A stretch of 64,000 nt of DNA from Sphingomonas sp. Its GTDB lineage: Bacteria; Pseudomonadota; Alphaproteobacteria; Sphingomonadales; Sphingomonadaceae. The stretch is from assembly GCF_039594485.1 (NCBI RefSeq), contig NZ_JBCNNI010000002.1:19715-83714 (forward strand), read 5' to 3'. The stretch's first letter is position 1. Every line of letters starts with the position of its first letter. Made by a program: the position numbers and the translations under genes. Positions 18,606 through 26,590 of this stretch are shown piece by piece. The notes beneath the pieces were generated by a model. That model saw nothing but the letters and a program-made list of their open reading frames with translations, was not told where the DNA came from and ran no database searches.

Positions 18606-19919
18606 ATGACCGGAGAAAGTTGGACTGTCCGCGCCCGCCAAGGACACTATCAAGCTGTCGATGCGGCATCGGACCGACAGACGATGGACTATGCCGTCGA
18701 GGGCCTGATGCCTGCCACCGGGGCAACGATCTGGTTCGGCGCAGGATCGACCGGCAAGACGCAGCTGCTTCTCTGGCTCGCGGCGCATATTGCCGCCGCC
18801 GGCGATAAGACGCCGCGTCAGTGGCTAGGCGCGGATGTCAACGTCCGCGGCCATGTGCTGGTCCTGACCGCCGAGGATCTGCGCGAGCATGTGCTCCAGC
18901 GCATCGGCATGATCGCCCGCCGCATGATCGACCAGTCTGGCGGCTCCGACGAGGACGTCGCGGCGCTTTGCCGGCGTATCCATGTCATGGCCTTCCTGAG
19001 CATGGACACGACGGAGTTCACGGAGCCTAATCCCTGCCTGTTCAAACGGGGAGCAGGCGGATGGCAGCCAAGCGCTGTCCTCAAGGGCGTCGAATCCTTC
19101 CTCGACGACTGGAACGCCCGCGCCGAGGACAATGGTCGCCCCGAGGACCGGATCGTCGGGGTCATTCTCGACTCCGCCGTATCGATGGCGGGATTCGAAC
19201 TCGCCAATTCCGAGGCGACGACGAACTTCCTCTTCTACCTGAATCGCCTGTCACGGCGGCAGAAGATGTTCTGGGCGGTGATCGGCCACACGCCGAAGGA
19301 CGCGGCAAAGAAGGCCGACGACGCCGCGATCGAGCGGCTGCGTGGCTCGGCCATGTGGTCGACCACGCCCCGCACCGTCGTCGAAGTCCGGCTCGCCGGA
19401 CCGTCCGAGGACCTGGAATCCGTTCGCGCCGCCCATCCCGGCCTGACCGACCGCGACGTCGTCATCGTCGAGGTGGCCAAGGCAAACTCGCTCGGCGCCG
19501 ATCTGCGGCCTCGCGCGCTGCTCCGGGACAAGCGCGGCGCCTATGACGATATCACGTCGGACTTCCCCGGCATCTTCAGTGCGGCCCCTGCGCCGTCGCG
19601 GGGCAAGGCGACCCTGCATACACCCGAGCTCCGCCGCGCCGTTCTAGCCCTGCTCGCGACGTTCGACGGCGGTAAGCCAGGCACCGTCATCGAACGGGAC
19701 GCGATCCGTGGCGCGTTCAACGCGGCGAAGGCATCGTCCCCGGTCCTCGCCGCAATCTCCGACGAGATCGAAGGCAAGCGTGGGAAAACACCCGGAACGC
19801 TGGCCAAGGAACTGGCGGACATGAACAAGGCCGGTCTGATCGATACGCACCGGGGTAACATCCGCATCGTCGACCTCGCGGCCGACAATGACCAGCCGTT
19901 GGCTGAGGCCGCAGAATAG
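18606..19919 (+). CDS. RecA-fold AAA family ATPase (AAA_25 / RepA-like, mobile-element type)
   Basis: Walker A is GAGSTGKTQ. Walker B-like VGVILDS. 437 aa. Domain family assigned by eye. Confidence 0.75.
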   Translation: MTGESWTVRARQGHYQAVDAASDRQTMDYAVEGLMPATGATIWFGAGSTGKTQLLLWLAAHIAAAGDKTPRQWLGADVNVRGHVLVLTAEDLREHVLQRIGMIARRMIDQSGGSDEDVAALCRRIHVMAFLSMDTTEFTEPNPCLFKRGAGGWQPSAVLKGVESFLDDWNARAEDNGRPEDRIVGVILDSAVSMAGFELANSEATTNFLFYLNRLSRRQKMFWAVIGHTPKDAAKKADDAAIERLRGSAMWSTTPRTVVEVRLAGPSEDLESVRAAHPGLTDRDVVIVEVAKANSLGADLRPRALLRDKRGAYDDITSDFPGIFSAAPAPSRGKATLHTPELRRAVLALLATFDGGKPGTVIERDAIRGAFNAAKASSPVLAAISDEIEGKRGKTPGTLAKELADMNKAGLIDTHRGNIRIVDLAADNDQPLAEAAE

Positions 19920-19932
19920 CAAGAGCGTGCAT

Positions 19933-19991
19933 TCGTCCAAATATGGCCATCAATGTTGCGTGATCTCGCTTTACGGGCCATATTTGGACGA
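19933..19991. promoter_or_regulatory. perfect 16-bp inverted repeat at the hipB start (candidate operator)
   Basis: TCGTCCAAATATGGCC (19933-19948) pairs with GGCCATATTTGGACGA (19976-19991). The right arm ends on the A of the hipB ATG. Confidence 0.5.
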
Positions 19992-20314
19992 TGCTGCACA
20001 CGCCTAGCGAAATCGCGGCCGATCTCGGCCAGAAGGTCCAGCGCCGCCGACTGGCGATGAACCTGACGCAGGTCGATGCGGCGGCCCGTGCTGGCGTGTC
20101 CTACCGCACGTGGCGGCGGCTGGAGGCCGAGGGCAAGGCGTCGATCGACGACCTCGTCCGCGCGGCCGTGGCGCTGCGATGCGAACAGGATCTGTTCTCC
20201 CTGTTCCCGGAGCCGGTGGCCAGTTCGATGGATGCCCTGCTGGAGCAAAAACGGATGACCGAACGCACCGCGCCGAAGCGTCGCCGCCGGGCTGCGTCGA
20301 GGATTCCATCGTGA
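19991..20314 (+). CDS. hipB: XRE-family HTH antitoxin, HipB-like
   Basis: HTH segment RRLAMNLTQVDAAARAGVSYRTWRRLE. 107 aa. The stop overlaps the hipA GTG (GTGA). Confidence 0.8.
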   Translation: MLHTPSEIAADLGQKVQRRRLAMNLTQVDAAARAGVSYRTWRRLEAEGKASIDDLVRAAVALRCEQDLFSLFPEPVASSMDALLEQKRMTERTAPKRRRRAASRIPS

Positions 20315-21555
20315 AGCTGAGACCGGGGGCACCGCTGGGGCTCGCACTGGCGTTCGACGATTCCGCGCCCGCCGCGCAAGCGGGGCGGGTCGTGATGGCC
20401 GGTGGCGTCGCCCAGCTCGAATGGTCGCCCGACGTGATCCGCAGCGGCTTGCTCGTTGCCCCGCTGCTCTATCCGCCCGAGCCGGGCTTGCACGCCGCGC
20501 GGAGCCGGTCGTTCGGCGGGCTGCACGGCTTCCTGGCGGACAGCCTGCCCGATGCCTGGGGACGGCTGTTGCTGCGACGTCGCCTCGCCAGGATCGACGT
20601 CCAGTTCGACACGCTGAACCCGGTCGATCAGCTGGCCATCATCGGCGCTGGCGGGCGTGGCGCGCTGGTCTATCAGCCAGCCGCCACACCCGACGACGAG
20701 ATCGGGATGATCGACCTCGATGCCTTGGCCGAGGAATCGCGGCTGCTCCTCGCCGGGGACGAGGGCGCGCTGGTCGACACGCTGGCGGCGCTGGGCGGGG
20801 CATCGGGCGGCGCTCGCCCCAAGGTCCATGTCGGCTTCGCCCCCGACGGTGCGATCAGCGTCGGCGAGGCCGCGGACGGCCATGACGCCTGGATCGTCAA
20901 GTTCCGCGCGACCGGCGATCCCGTCGATATCGGCCCGGTCGAGGAAGCCTACGCCCGCATGGCCCGCGCGGCCGGCCTGACGATCGCGGAATCCCGCGTC
21001 CTGCCCGAGCGCGACGGACTTGGCTATTTCGCGACGCGCCGCTTCGACCGACCGGCCCCCGGACGCCGGCTGCACATGGTATCCCTCGCCGGGGCAGCCG
21101 AAGCCCCGTCCGAGATGCCCAGCCTCGACTATGACGGATTCCTGCGTGCGACCATGGCGATCACCCGCCATGCCGGCGACGTCGAACAAGCGTTCCGCCG
21201 CATGGTCTTCAACGTCCTGGCGCATAATCGCGACGACCATACCCGTCAGCATAGCTATCTGATGGGACCGAGCGGTGAGTGGCGCCTCGCCCCGGCCTAT
21301 GACCTGACCTTCTCGGTCGGCCTGGGCGGCGAACACTATCTCGCGGTCGAAGGCGAAGGCCGCACCCCGACCCGCGCCCACGTCCTCGCGCTGGGCCGCC
21401 GCCATGGCCTGTCGGATCGCGTCATCGCGCAGATCATCGACCGAACGCGCGGCGCGCTGGCCGAATGGCCGGTCATCGCCGCCGATGTCGGCGTCACTGT
21501 CTCGCGACGCGAGATCGCGGATCGCTTGAAGGGCACCGACGACCACTTCGGGTGA
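20311..21555 (+). CDS. hipA: HipA-family serine/threonine kinase toxin
   Basis: N-terminal coupling domain (LADSLPDAWGRLL). Kinase core with GGARPK and the catalytic loop HNRDDHTRQHS. 414 aa from the GTG at 20311. Confidence 0.85.
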   Translation: MKLRPGAPLGLALAFDDSAPAAQAGRVVMAGGVAQLEWSPDVIRSGLLVAPLLYPPEPGLHAARSRSFGGLHGFLADSLPDAWGRLLLRRRLARIDVQFDTLNPVDQLAIIGAGGRGALVYQPAATPDDEIGMIDLDALAEESRLLLAGDEGALVDTLAALGGASGGARPKVHVGFAPDGAISVGEAADGHDAWIVKFRATGDPVDIGPVEEAYARMARAAGLTIAESRVLPERDGLGYFATRRFDRPAPGRRLHMVSLAGAAEAPSEMPSLDYDGFLRATMAITRHAGDVEQAFRRMVFNVLAHNRDDHTRQHSYLMGPSGEWRLAPAYDLTFSVGLGGEHYLAVEGEGRTPTRAHVLALGRRHGLSDRVIAQIIDRTRGALAEWPVIAADVGVTVSRREIADRLKGTDDHFG

Positions 21556-21603
21556 GAAGAAGGCCCTGCACGTGGGGGTTACCCACGTCAGGAAGGAAAA
21601 GAC

Positions 21604-22017
21604 ATGATGAGCATCGACGCGGACGCCGGCGGCACCGTCGCGATGACGCCGGGGACCGGCCCGGTCCTCCCCCAGGACATGATCGACGCGGCAACCGCCG
21701 ACGCCATCCTGCGGCTCGACCGCAAGATCGCCCGTGCGATCCAGACGGACCGGGGCATCAACCTCAAGTCGGAGGATCTCGACCTCCTCACCCTGGTGGG
21801 TGCAGTGAACCTGCTCGGAAAGGCGCGAAGCGAAATCCTGAAGGAAAAAGCGCAGTGCCGGCACCGAAAGTTTTCTACCGCCGGGGTGAATTCCACCTCG
21901 ATCACCTCCGGGGCAAGGGCGGCGAGGTCGTCAGCCCGAACCTCTACATCTGCTGGTACGACCCGGTATCCGGCCGAATGCAGCGACGCAGCACGGGCAC
22001 GGCTGATCTTTGCGTAG
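21604..22017 (+). CDS. small hypothetical protein upstream of and overlapping the integrase gene
   Basis: The ORF looks protein-like only up to about 21855 (…LLGKARSEILKEKAQ). The remaining 160 nt overlap the integrase frame. Confidence 0.3.
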   Translation: MMSIDADAGGTVAMTPGTGPVLPQDMIDAATADAILRLDRKIARAIQTDRGINLKSEDLDLLTLVGAVNLLGKARSEILKEKAQCRHRKFSTAGVNSTSITSGARAARSSARTSTSAGTTRYPAECSDAARARLIFA

Positions 22018-23165
22018 CGACCGAGGTGCTCGACCGTCACTATCTGGCGTTCCACCAGCCTGCCGATGACGACAAGGCGTCCTACACGGTCCATCAGGCG
22101 ATGACGGACTATTGGATGCTGCACGGTGCCGACCAGGCCAGCGCCGACGCGATCTATGCCCGGCTGAAACTGGTGAATCGGTTCATCGACCATGAACTCA
22201 AGTTCGGTGTATTGCGTGAACCCGTGCTGCCGAAGGTGCTGGACGCCGAATGGCTGAAGCGATTTCGCCATTGGGGGACCGAGATCGATCCCGTGACCCA
22301 GCGGCGGCGTGACCCGGAGACCGGGGAATGGACCGTGTCGACCCGCAAACGGGCGAAGTCGACGGTCGAGGAGAGCATCATCCAGCTGAAGGCAGCCTTG
22401 CGGTTCAACGTCAAGCGCATGGAGGCGGTACCCGAACTGAAGCACCTGCCCCGCGCTGCCGTGACGCCGGAGCGCAACTTCCGCCTCTCGCTCGACCAAA
22501 TCGCCGAGATGCTCGACTATACGGCGGAAGGAGACCCGGAGCTCAGCCCGGCGCATCCGGCACGATTGATGCCACTGCGCCGCTACCTGATTGGTGCGAT
22601 CTGCACGCTAGCGCGGCCGGACGCGCTCTACGATATCTCGGTGCGGCCCGACCGGCAGCAATGGCACCGCGACGCCGGCGTGCTCGACCTCAACCCAGCG
22701 GGGCGGATCCAGACGCGCAAAAACCGACCGGCGCTCCCCGTCACATCGCTCCTGGCGAACTGGCTGGAGGCGACGGACGACCGGCTGGTCTGTCACGAGA
22801 GTGTGGCAGAGGAGGATGAGGACCGTTGGGTGGTTCAGCGGCCCGTGGCGGACGTCAAAAAGGCGTGGAGTGTCATGGCAAGGCGGTTCGGGGTGCCGGT
22901 CGGCTTCGGCCCCAAGCTGATGCGCCACAGCATGGCGACCCTGATCGCACAACGCGGCGTCTCGCAGCAGGAGATCCCGTTGGCGCTCGGACACGTGGTG
23001 CTGCCTCAGTCGACGCGGCGCTACGTGATCTTCAGTCCGGCTTATCTCTCCGAGACCCGACAGGGGCTGGAGGACATTGCGTCCGAGCTGACCCGGAAGA
23101 TGGCGACGCCGCTCCACGCAAAACCCACGCAAGTCGGTCCCGATGGACGGCGGCGACGGGTGTGA
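21855..23165 (+). CDS. tyrosine-type site-specific integrase
   Basis: C-terminal catalytic region LMRHSMATLIAQRG...ALGHVVLPQSTRRYV (R/H/R/Y-type residues). Adjacent to the tRNA 3' end. Start chosen at GTG 21855 (VPAPKVFYRRGEFHLD); the upstream part of the track ORF is Arg/Gly/Pro junk. Confidence 0.85.
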   Translation: MPAPKVFYRRGEFHLDHLRGKGGEVVSPNLYICWYDPVSGRMQRRSTGTADLCVATEVLDRHYLAFHQPADDDKASYTVHQAMTDYWMLHGADQASADAIYARLKLVNRFIDHELKFGVLREPVLPKVLDAEWLKRFRHWGTEIDPVTQRRRDPETGEWTVSTRKRAKSTVEESIIQLKAALRFNVKRMEAVPELKHLPRAAVTPERNFRLSLDQIAEMLDYTAEGDPELSPAHPARLMPLRRYLIGAICTLARPDALYDISVRPDRQQWHRDAGVLDLNPAGRIQTRKNRPALPVTSLLANWLEATDDRLVCHESVAEEDEDRWVVQRPVADVKKAWSVMARRFGVPVGFGPKLMRHSMATLIAQRGVSQQEIPLALGHVVLPQSTRRYVIFSPAYLSETRQGLEDIASELTRKMATPLHAKPTQVGPDGRRRRV

Positions 23166-23319
23166 TGGCCGATCGTTTTCACGCCATCACTGCCGGTCCC
23201 AATCCGCTGGCGCAGCCGCCCTAGCGCCTCCGAGGTCCCGTACGCCCGGATGTTCCACTCGGCATGACACGCAAAAGGCACGCAAAACCTTGACGCGCAA
23301 CTCGGGGACCTGAAAACCA

Positions 23320-23354
23320 AAAACCCCGCTAAGCCGTTGGCCTAGCGGGGTTTT
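23320..23354 (-). terminator. rho-independent terminator downstream of tRNA-Val
   Basis: Perfect 12-bp stem AAAACCCCGCTA / TAGCGGGGTTTT with an 11-nt loop. On the minus strand it is followed by TTTTTGGTTTT. Confidence 0.75.
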
Positions 23355-23357
23355 CGA

Positions 23358-23432
23358 TGGTGGGCGTGGCAAGGATTGAACTTGCGACCCCTGCGATGTC
23401 AACACAGTGCTCTACCACTGAGCTACACGCCC
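23358..23432 (-). tRNA. tRNA-Val (anticodon GAC)
   Basis: The reverse complement folds as a cloverleaf: acceptor GGGCGTG/CACGCCC, D arm GCTC-AGTGGTA-GAGC, anticodon arm CTGTG-TTGACAT-CGCAG, T arm GCAAG-TTCAATC-CTTGC, encoded CCA. Confidence 0.9.
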
Positions 23433-23476
23433 GCCGGAGGCCGGCCAATTAGCAGGTTGTTCGAGGCTGGCAAGCC

Positions 23477-23872
23477 CTAAATTGCTCCATCGGCCGATTC
23501 CGTTGCAAAAAGTCTGTCCACCTCCATCACCAGGTCCCGCAGATGGAACGGCTTGGACAGGACGCGGGCGTTGGGCATCGCCTGCCCCGCCTTCAACGTC
23601 ACCGCCGCAAAGCCGGTAATGAACATCACGCGCAGGTCGGGCACGATCGTCGCCGCGCGCTGGGCCAGTTCGATGCCGTCCATTTCGGGCATCACGATAT
23701 CGGTCAGCAACAGATCGAACCGCTCGTTCTCCAGATGGGGCAGCGCTGCGGTGCCGCAATGGACCGCAGTCACCCGGTATCCCGACCTGCTGAGCGCCCG
23801 CGTCAGATATTCACGCATGACGGTATCGTCTTCCGCCAGCAGGATGTGAAGCATCTTGGTATCCCGATTCAT
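23477..23872 (-). CDS. cpdR: single-domain response regulator CpdR
   Basis: Close by-eye match to Caulobacter CpdR: ILLAEDD, LLLTDIVMPEMDGIELA, VMFITGFAAV, SKPFHLRDLV. The start may be 23854 (MLHILL). Confidence 0.85.
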   Translation of the reverse strand: MNRDTKMLHILLAEDDTVMREYLTRALSRSGYRVTAVHCGTAALPHLENERFDLLLTDIVMPEMDGIELAQRAATIVPDLRVMFITGFAAVTLKAGQAMPNARVLSKPFHLRDLVMEVDRLFATESADGAI

Positions 23873-23953
23873 CTCGTAGGGGAGCTTAGCGGCGCGGCAG
23901 TTAAGATTTCCAGACCATTGCGGCCCGCCCGGCCGCGCCCTAGCATCCCGTCG

Positions 23954-24823
23954 ATGGATCTTCCGCCCCCCGGCCCGTCCTTCGCCAGCTTCGGCACCGT
24001 TCCGCCTACCGGGCCGGTGGTGATCTCCGTATCCCATGGCGGGCGGGACTATCCGCCCGAACTGGTCGCGGCGCTGCGGGTGCCCCTGCCCGCCATGATG
24101 GCGCTGGAGGACCGGCTGATCGATCGGGTCGCCCGGGCGGCGCATGACGACCAGCCGATGCTGGTGCAGCGACGCGCGCGCGCCTGGATCGACCTGAACC
24201 GCAGCGAGGAGGAGCGCGATCCCCTGATCGACATGGGCGCGCGCGGCACCGGACGCGGATCGGCCAAGCTGCGCAGCGGGCTAGGCCTCGTCCCCCGGCG
24301 GGTGGCGGGGTATGGCGACATCTGGTCCCGGCGGTTCGGCGATGCGGAGATGCTGGAGCGGATCGCGGCCGATCACCGCCCTTATCATCAGGCGCTGGCG
24401 GACCGATTGGCGGAGGTGCGCGCGCGGTTCGGGGTCGCGGTGCTGCTCGACCTGCATTCGATGCCGCCATTGGGCAGCCCGACCTCCTACCCCCGTGTCG
24501 TGATCGGCGACCGGCACGGCACCACCGCGGATGCGCGCTTCGTCCGGCGAATCGAAGCGGCGGTTCGGGCCAGCGGCGTCGCGGTGACGCGCAACGCCCC
24601 TTATGCGGGCGGGCATATCGTCGAGCGGCACGGCGCGCCACGACGCGCGATCCATGCGATCCAGCTCGAACTCGACCGCTCGCTATATCTCGACGCCGCG
24701 CTGGAGTCGCCGGGCGAGGGTTTCGATGCGACCGTGGCGCTGGTTCGGCAGGTGCTCGCCATGCTGGCCGACGAAGCGCTGAACGGAAACCCCTCTCAAA
24801 GCCTGCCGCTCGCCGCCGAATAA
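23954..24823 (+). CDS. N-formylglutamate amidohydrolase family protein
   Basis: Motifs VVISVSHGG, RAWIDLNR and VLLDLHSMP are typical of the FGase family. The part of the track ORF upstream of the ATG at 23954 is antisense to cpdR. Confidence 0.8.
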   Translation: MDLPPPGPSFASFGTVPPTGPVVISVSHGGRDYPPELVAALRVPLPAMMALEDRLIDRVARAAHDDQPMLVQRRARAWIDLNRSEEERDPLIDMGARGTGRGSAKLRSGLGLVPRRVAGYGDIWSRRFGDAEMLERIAADHRPYHQALADRLAEVRARFGVAVLLDLHSMPPLGSPTSYPRVVIGDRHGTTADARFVRRIEAAVRASGVAVTRNAPYAGGHIVERHGAPRRAIHAIQLELDRSLYLDAALESPGEGFDATVALVRQVLAMLADEALNGNPSQSLPLAAE

Positions 24824-24932
24824 AAAACCACCTCGCGCAAGGGGGAAGAGCGCGAGGTGGCCAAGGTTCAGGGAGGAGACACGCTGAAAGCGTGTCATAC
24901 GACACCGCGAAAGGGGGGACACGATGCCGTAC
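24821..24932 (-). ncRNA. candidate small RNA (about 110 nt)
   Basis: A/T-rich non-coding island. Minus-strand promoter-like TTGAAC (24966-24961), then a 17-nt spacer and ATTTAT/TATAT, with an A/T-rich upstream tract. Internal hairpin GACACGCT-TTC-AGCGTGTC. Single-stranded CUCCUCCC. Ends at the terminator 24860-24828 plus a U-tract. Confidence 0.35.
24828..24860 (-). terminator. rho-independent terminator read on the minus strand
   Basis: 11-bp stem CCACCTCGCGC / GCGCGAGGTGG with an 11-nt loop. The minus-strand transcript would end in UUUUUU (A6 at 24822-24827 on the + strand). It could also act bidirectionally for the FGase gene. Confidence 0.7.
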
Positions 24933-25196
24933 AGGATATAAATAAGAAGGGGCCTATTTGGTTCAACCCCGAATATCGCATTTCGTCATTTTTTCGTAAC
25001 GGGTCGTGGTGGCGGCCGCCCGAATCCCCGCGCAACTCGCCGATCGTCGCCCTGCGGACGCTTGGTGAATGAGCAGCGTTCCAGCATGGCCTGAATAGCA
25101 TTTCCCGCACGGGCCATCTGCGCGCTCCCGAGCGGGATCGCCTTTGACTGTGGGAGCGCGATGGCGCCCTCCCCTCAGGCCCGTCCGCGAAGACGC

Positions 25197-25736
25197 TCAG
25201 CGGCTACCGAGGCCCATCCGGGCGAGCAGACCGTCGCGTAGCAGATAATGGTGGCGCAGGGCCGCAGCCACATGGATCAGCACCAGCGCCAGCATCAGCC
25301 AGCCGAGGATCTCATGCGCCTCATGCCCGAAACCGGCGGCCCCCTTGCCGATCGGCAGGGGCGGCACGTCGAACAGACCGAACCAGCTCACGGGGCGCGG
25401 CACGTCGCGGCCCGATCCCATTGCCCAGCCGGTCATCGGCATGACGATCATCAGGAAATAGAGCAGGGCGTGAAGCGCATGGGCGCTGCCCCGCGCCCAG
25501 ACCGGAATCTCGGCGGGCAAGGGCGGCGGGCGGTGGCCCAGCCGCCAGACGATCCGCGCGGCGGTCAACGCCAGCACAGTCAACCCGATCGCCTTGTGCA
25601 GCGGGATGGTTCCCGGCAACAGGCTCTCATGGAGAAGGCCGATGGCCAGATTGGCCATCACCAGCGCCGCGATCGTCCAGTGAAAGACGATCGCGACCTG
25701 GCTGTAGCGCGGACTGGCGGCGACCGGCCCGCGCAT
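25197..25736 (-). CDS. cytochrome b561 family protein
   Basis: 179 aa with four predicted TM helices. Conserved His positions (FHWT, LHKAIG, HALLY, HVAAALRHH). Confidence 0.85.
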   Translation of the reverse strand: MRGPVAASPRYSQVAIVFHWTIAALVMANLAIGLLHESLLPGTIPLHKAIGLTVLALTAARIVWRLGHRPPPLPAEIPVWARGSAHALHALLYFLMIVMPMTGWAMGSGRDVPRPVSWFGLFDVPPLPIGKGAAGFGHEAHEILGWLMLALVLIHVAAALRHHYLLRDGLLARMGLGSR

Positions 25737-25740
25737 CGGA

Positions 25741-26526
25741 TCAGCCGACCGGCTGAAGCTGCGGCTGGGGCATCTTGCCCAGCTGCGCCTGGCGGGCGAA
25801 GATGTCGCGCATCAGCGACAGCGAGAAGAGATGGGCATAGAGCAGCGGGAGCATGCCCGACTGGCTCATCTTGCGGAGCTGATCGCCACGCAGGTCGACC
25901 AGCTTCTCTTCATTGACCATCTGGAAACCGCGATAGATGAAGGGCTGATCCGCGCCATCGGGCTGGATCGAGACTTCGCCGTCCATCAGCAGCCCCAGCT
26001 CGGCCAGTTCCTTCATGAAGTTCTGGGTGCGGGCGCCCGCCTGTTCGAAGGATTCGTTGAACGACAGGATGTTCTTGGTCAGCTCGCTCGGCTGGTTGCC
26101 GTCGAACAGCGCATCGCCATCGTCGAACGCACCGATCGTCGGCGAGGTCGGGTCGAAGCACAGCGACAGTTCGTCCGCCTCGGGACGCAGACGCGCCAGC
26201 ATGTACGGATAGCGACGGATATAGGCGGGCACATAGAAGTTCGTCTCGGTCAGACGGCCTTCGTCGTCGACGAAGACGTTGACGCCCTCGTTCAGCCCCA
26301 TCAGCGCCAGCGGGATGGGCTGGTCGCCGACCGAGAAGACGATCGGCATGAAACGCTGCACCAGCGGGAATTCATCGACGGTCACCGGGATCGCATGCTG
26401 GCCGACCAGGAAAGGCGCGGTTTCCTGCGGACGGACCTTGAAATTGGCATGGGTTTCGCTCGAAAGCGGTTCCAGGCCATTGTAGAAAAGCGGAAGCGAC
26501 GGCGCGCTGGCCATGATGATCTCCAA
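25741..26526 (-). CDS. SapC family protein
   Basis: PLFYNGLEPLSSETH, FPLVQRFMPIVF and YVPAYIRRYPY are typical of SapC. The start may be 26514. Confidence 0.8.
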   Translation of the reverse strand: MEIIMASAPSLPLFYNGLEPLSSETHANFKVRPQETAPFLVGQHAIPVTVDEFPLVQRFMPIVFSVGDQPIPLALMGLNEGVNVFVDDEGRLTETNFYVPAYIRRYPYMLARLRPEADELSLCFDPTSPTIGAFDDGDALFDGNQPSELTKNILSFNESFEQAGARTQNFMKELAELGLLMDGEVSIQPDGADQPFIYRGFQMVNEEKLVDLRGDQLRKMSQSGMLPLLYAHLFSLSLMRDIFARQAQLGKMPQPQLQPVG

Positions 26527-26590
26527 AAAACTCAGTCCACGCGAGCCCCCCGGCCGCGCGTCGTGGCCCCGTGTCTATGGGGCCTTGCCC

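Larger units (their letters stand above)
1..23432. mobile_element. tRNA-Val-associated integrative (probably mobilizable) element carrying a defence island; left boundary not in the window
   Basis: Tyrosine integrase next to the tRNA 3' end, plus relaxase-like genes, a serine recombinase, a RepA-like ATPase, hipBA, and R-M and other defence genes. No T4SS genes are visible. No tRNA-derived direct repeat was found inside the window. Confidence 0.6.

Noticed and set aside
21841-21860. Programmed -1 frameshift at GGAAAAAG joining the small ORF to the integrase
   Set aside because: The heptamer does not fit the X XXY YYZ slippery pattern in the upstream frame. An in-frame GTG start for the integrase is available right there.
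20101-21864. 587-aa minus-strand ORF
   Set aside because: It is antisense to hipA, which has clear kinase motifs. The composition is junk-like.
1-23000. Second copy of the tRNA-Val 3' segment (attL/attR direct repeat) inside the window
   Set aside because: I scanned the intergenic spacers by eye (1962-2228, 5522-5812, 13048-13292, 14202-14439, 17990-18157, 18365-18605) and found no match to TGGTGGGCGTGGCAAGGATTGAAC. An exhaustive search needs a computer.
24857-25110. 71-aa ORFs on both strands in the A/T-rich spacer
   Set aside because: They have no ribosome-binding sites and implausible composition. The region is better explained by a promoter, hairpins and a terminator (candidate sRNA).
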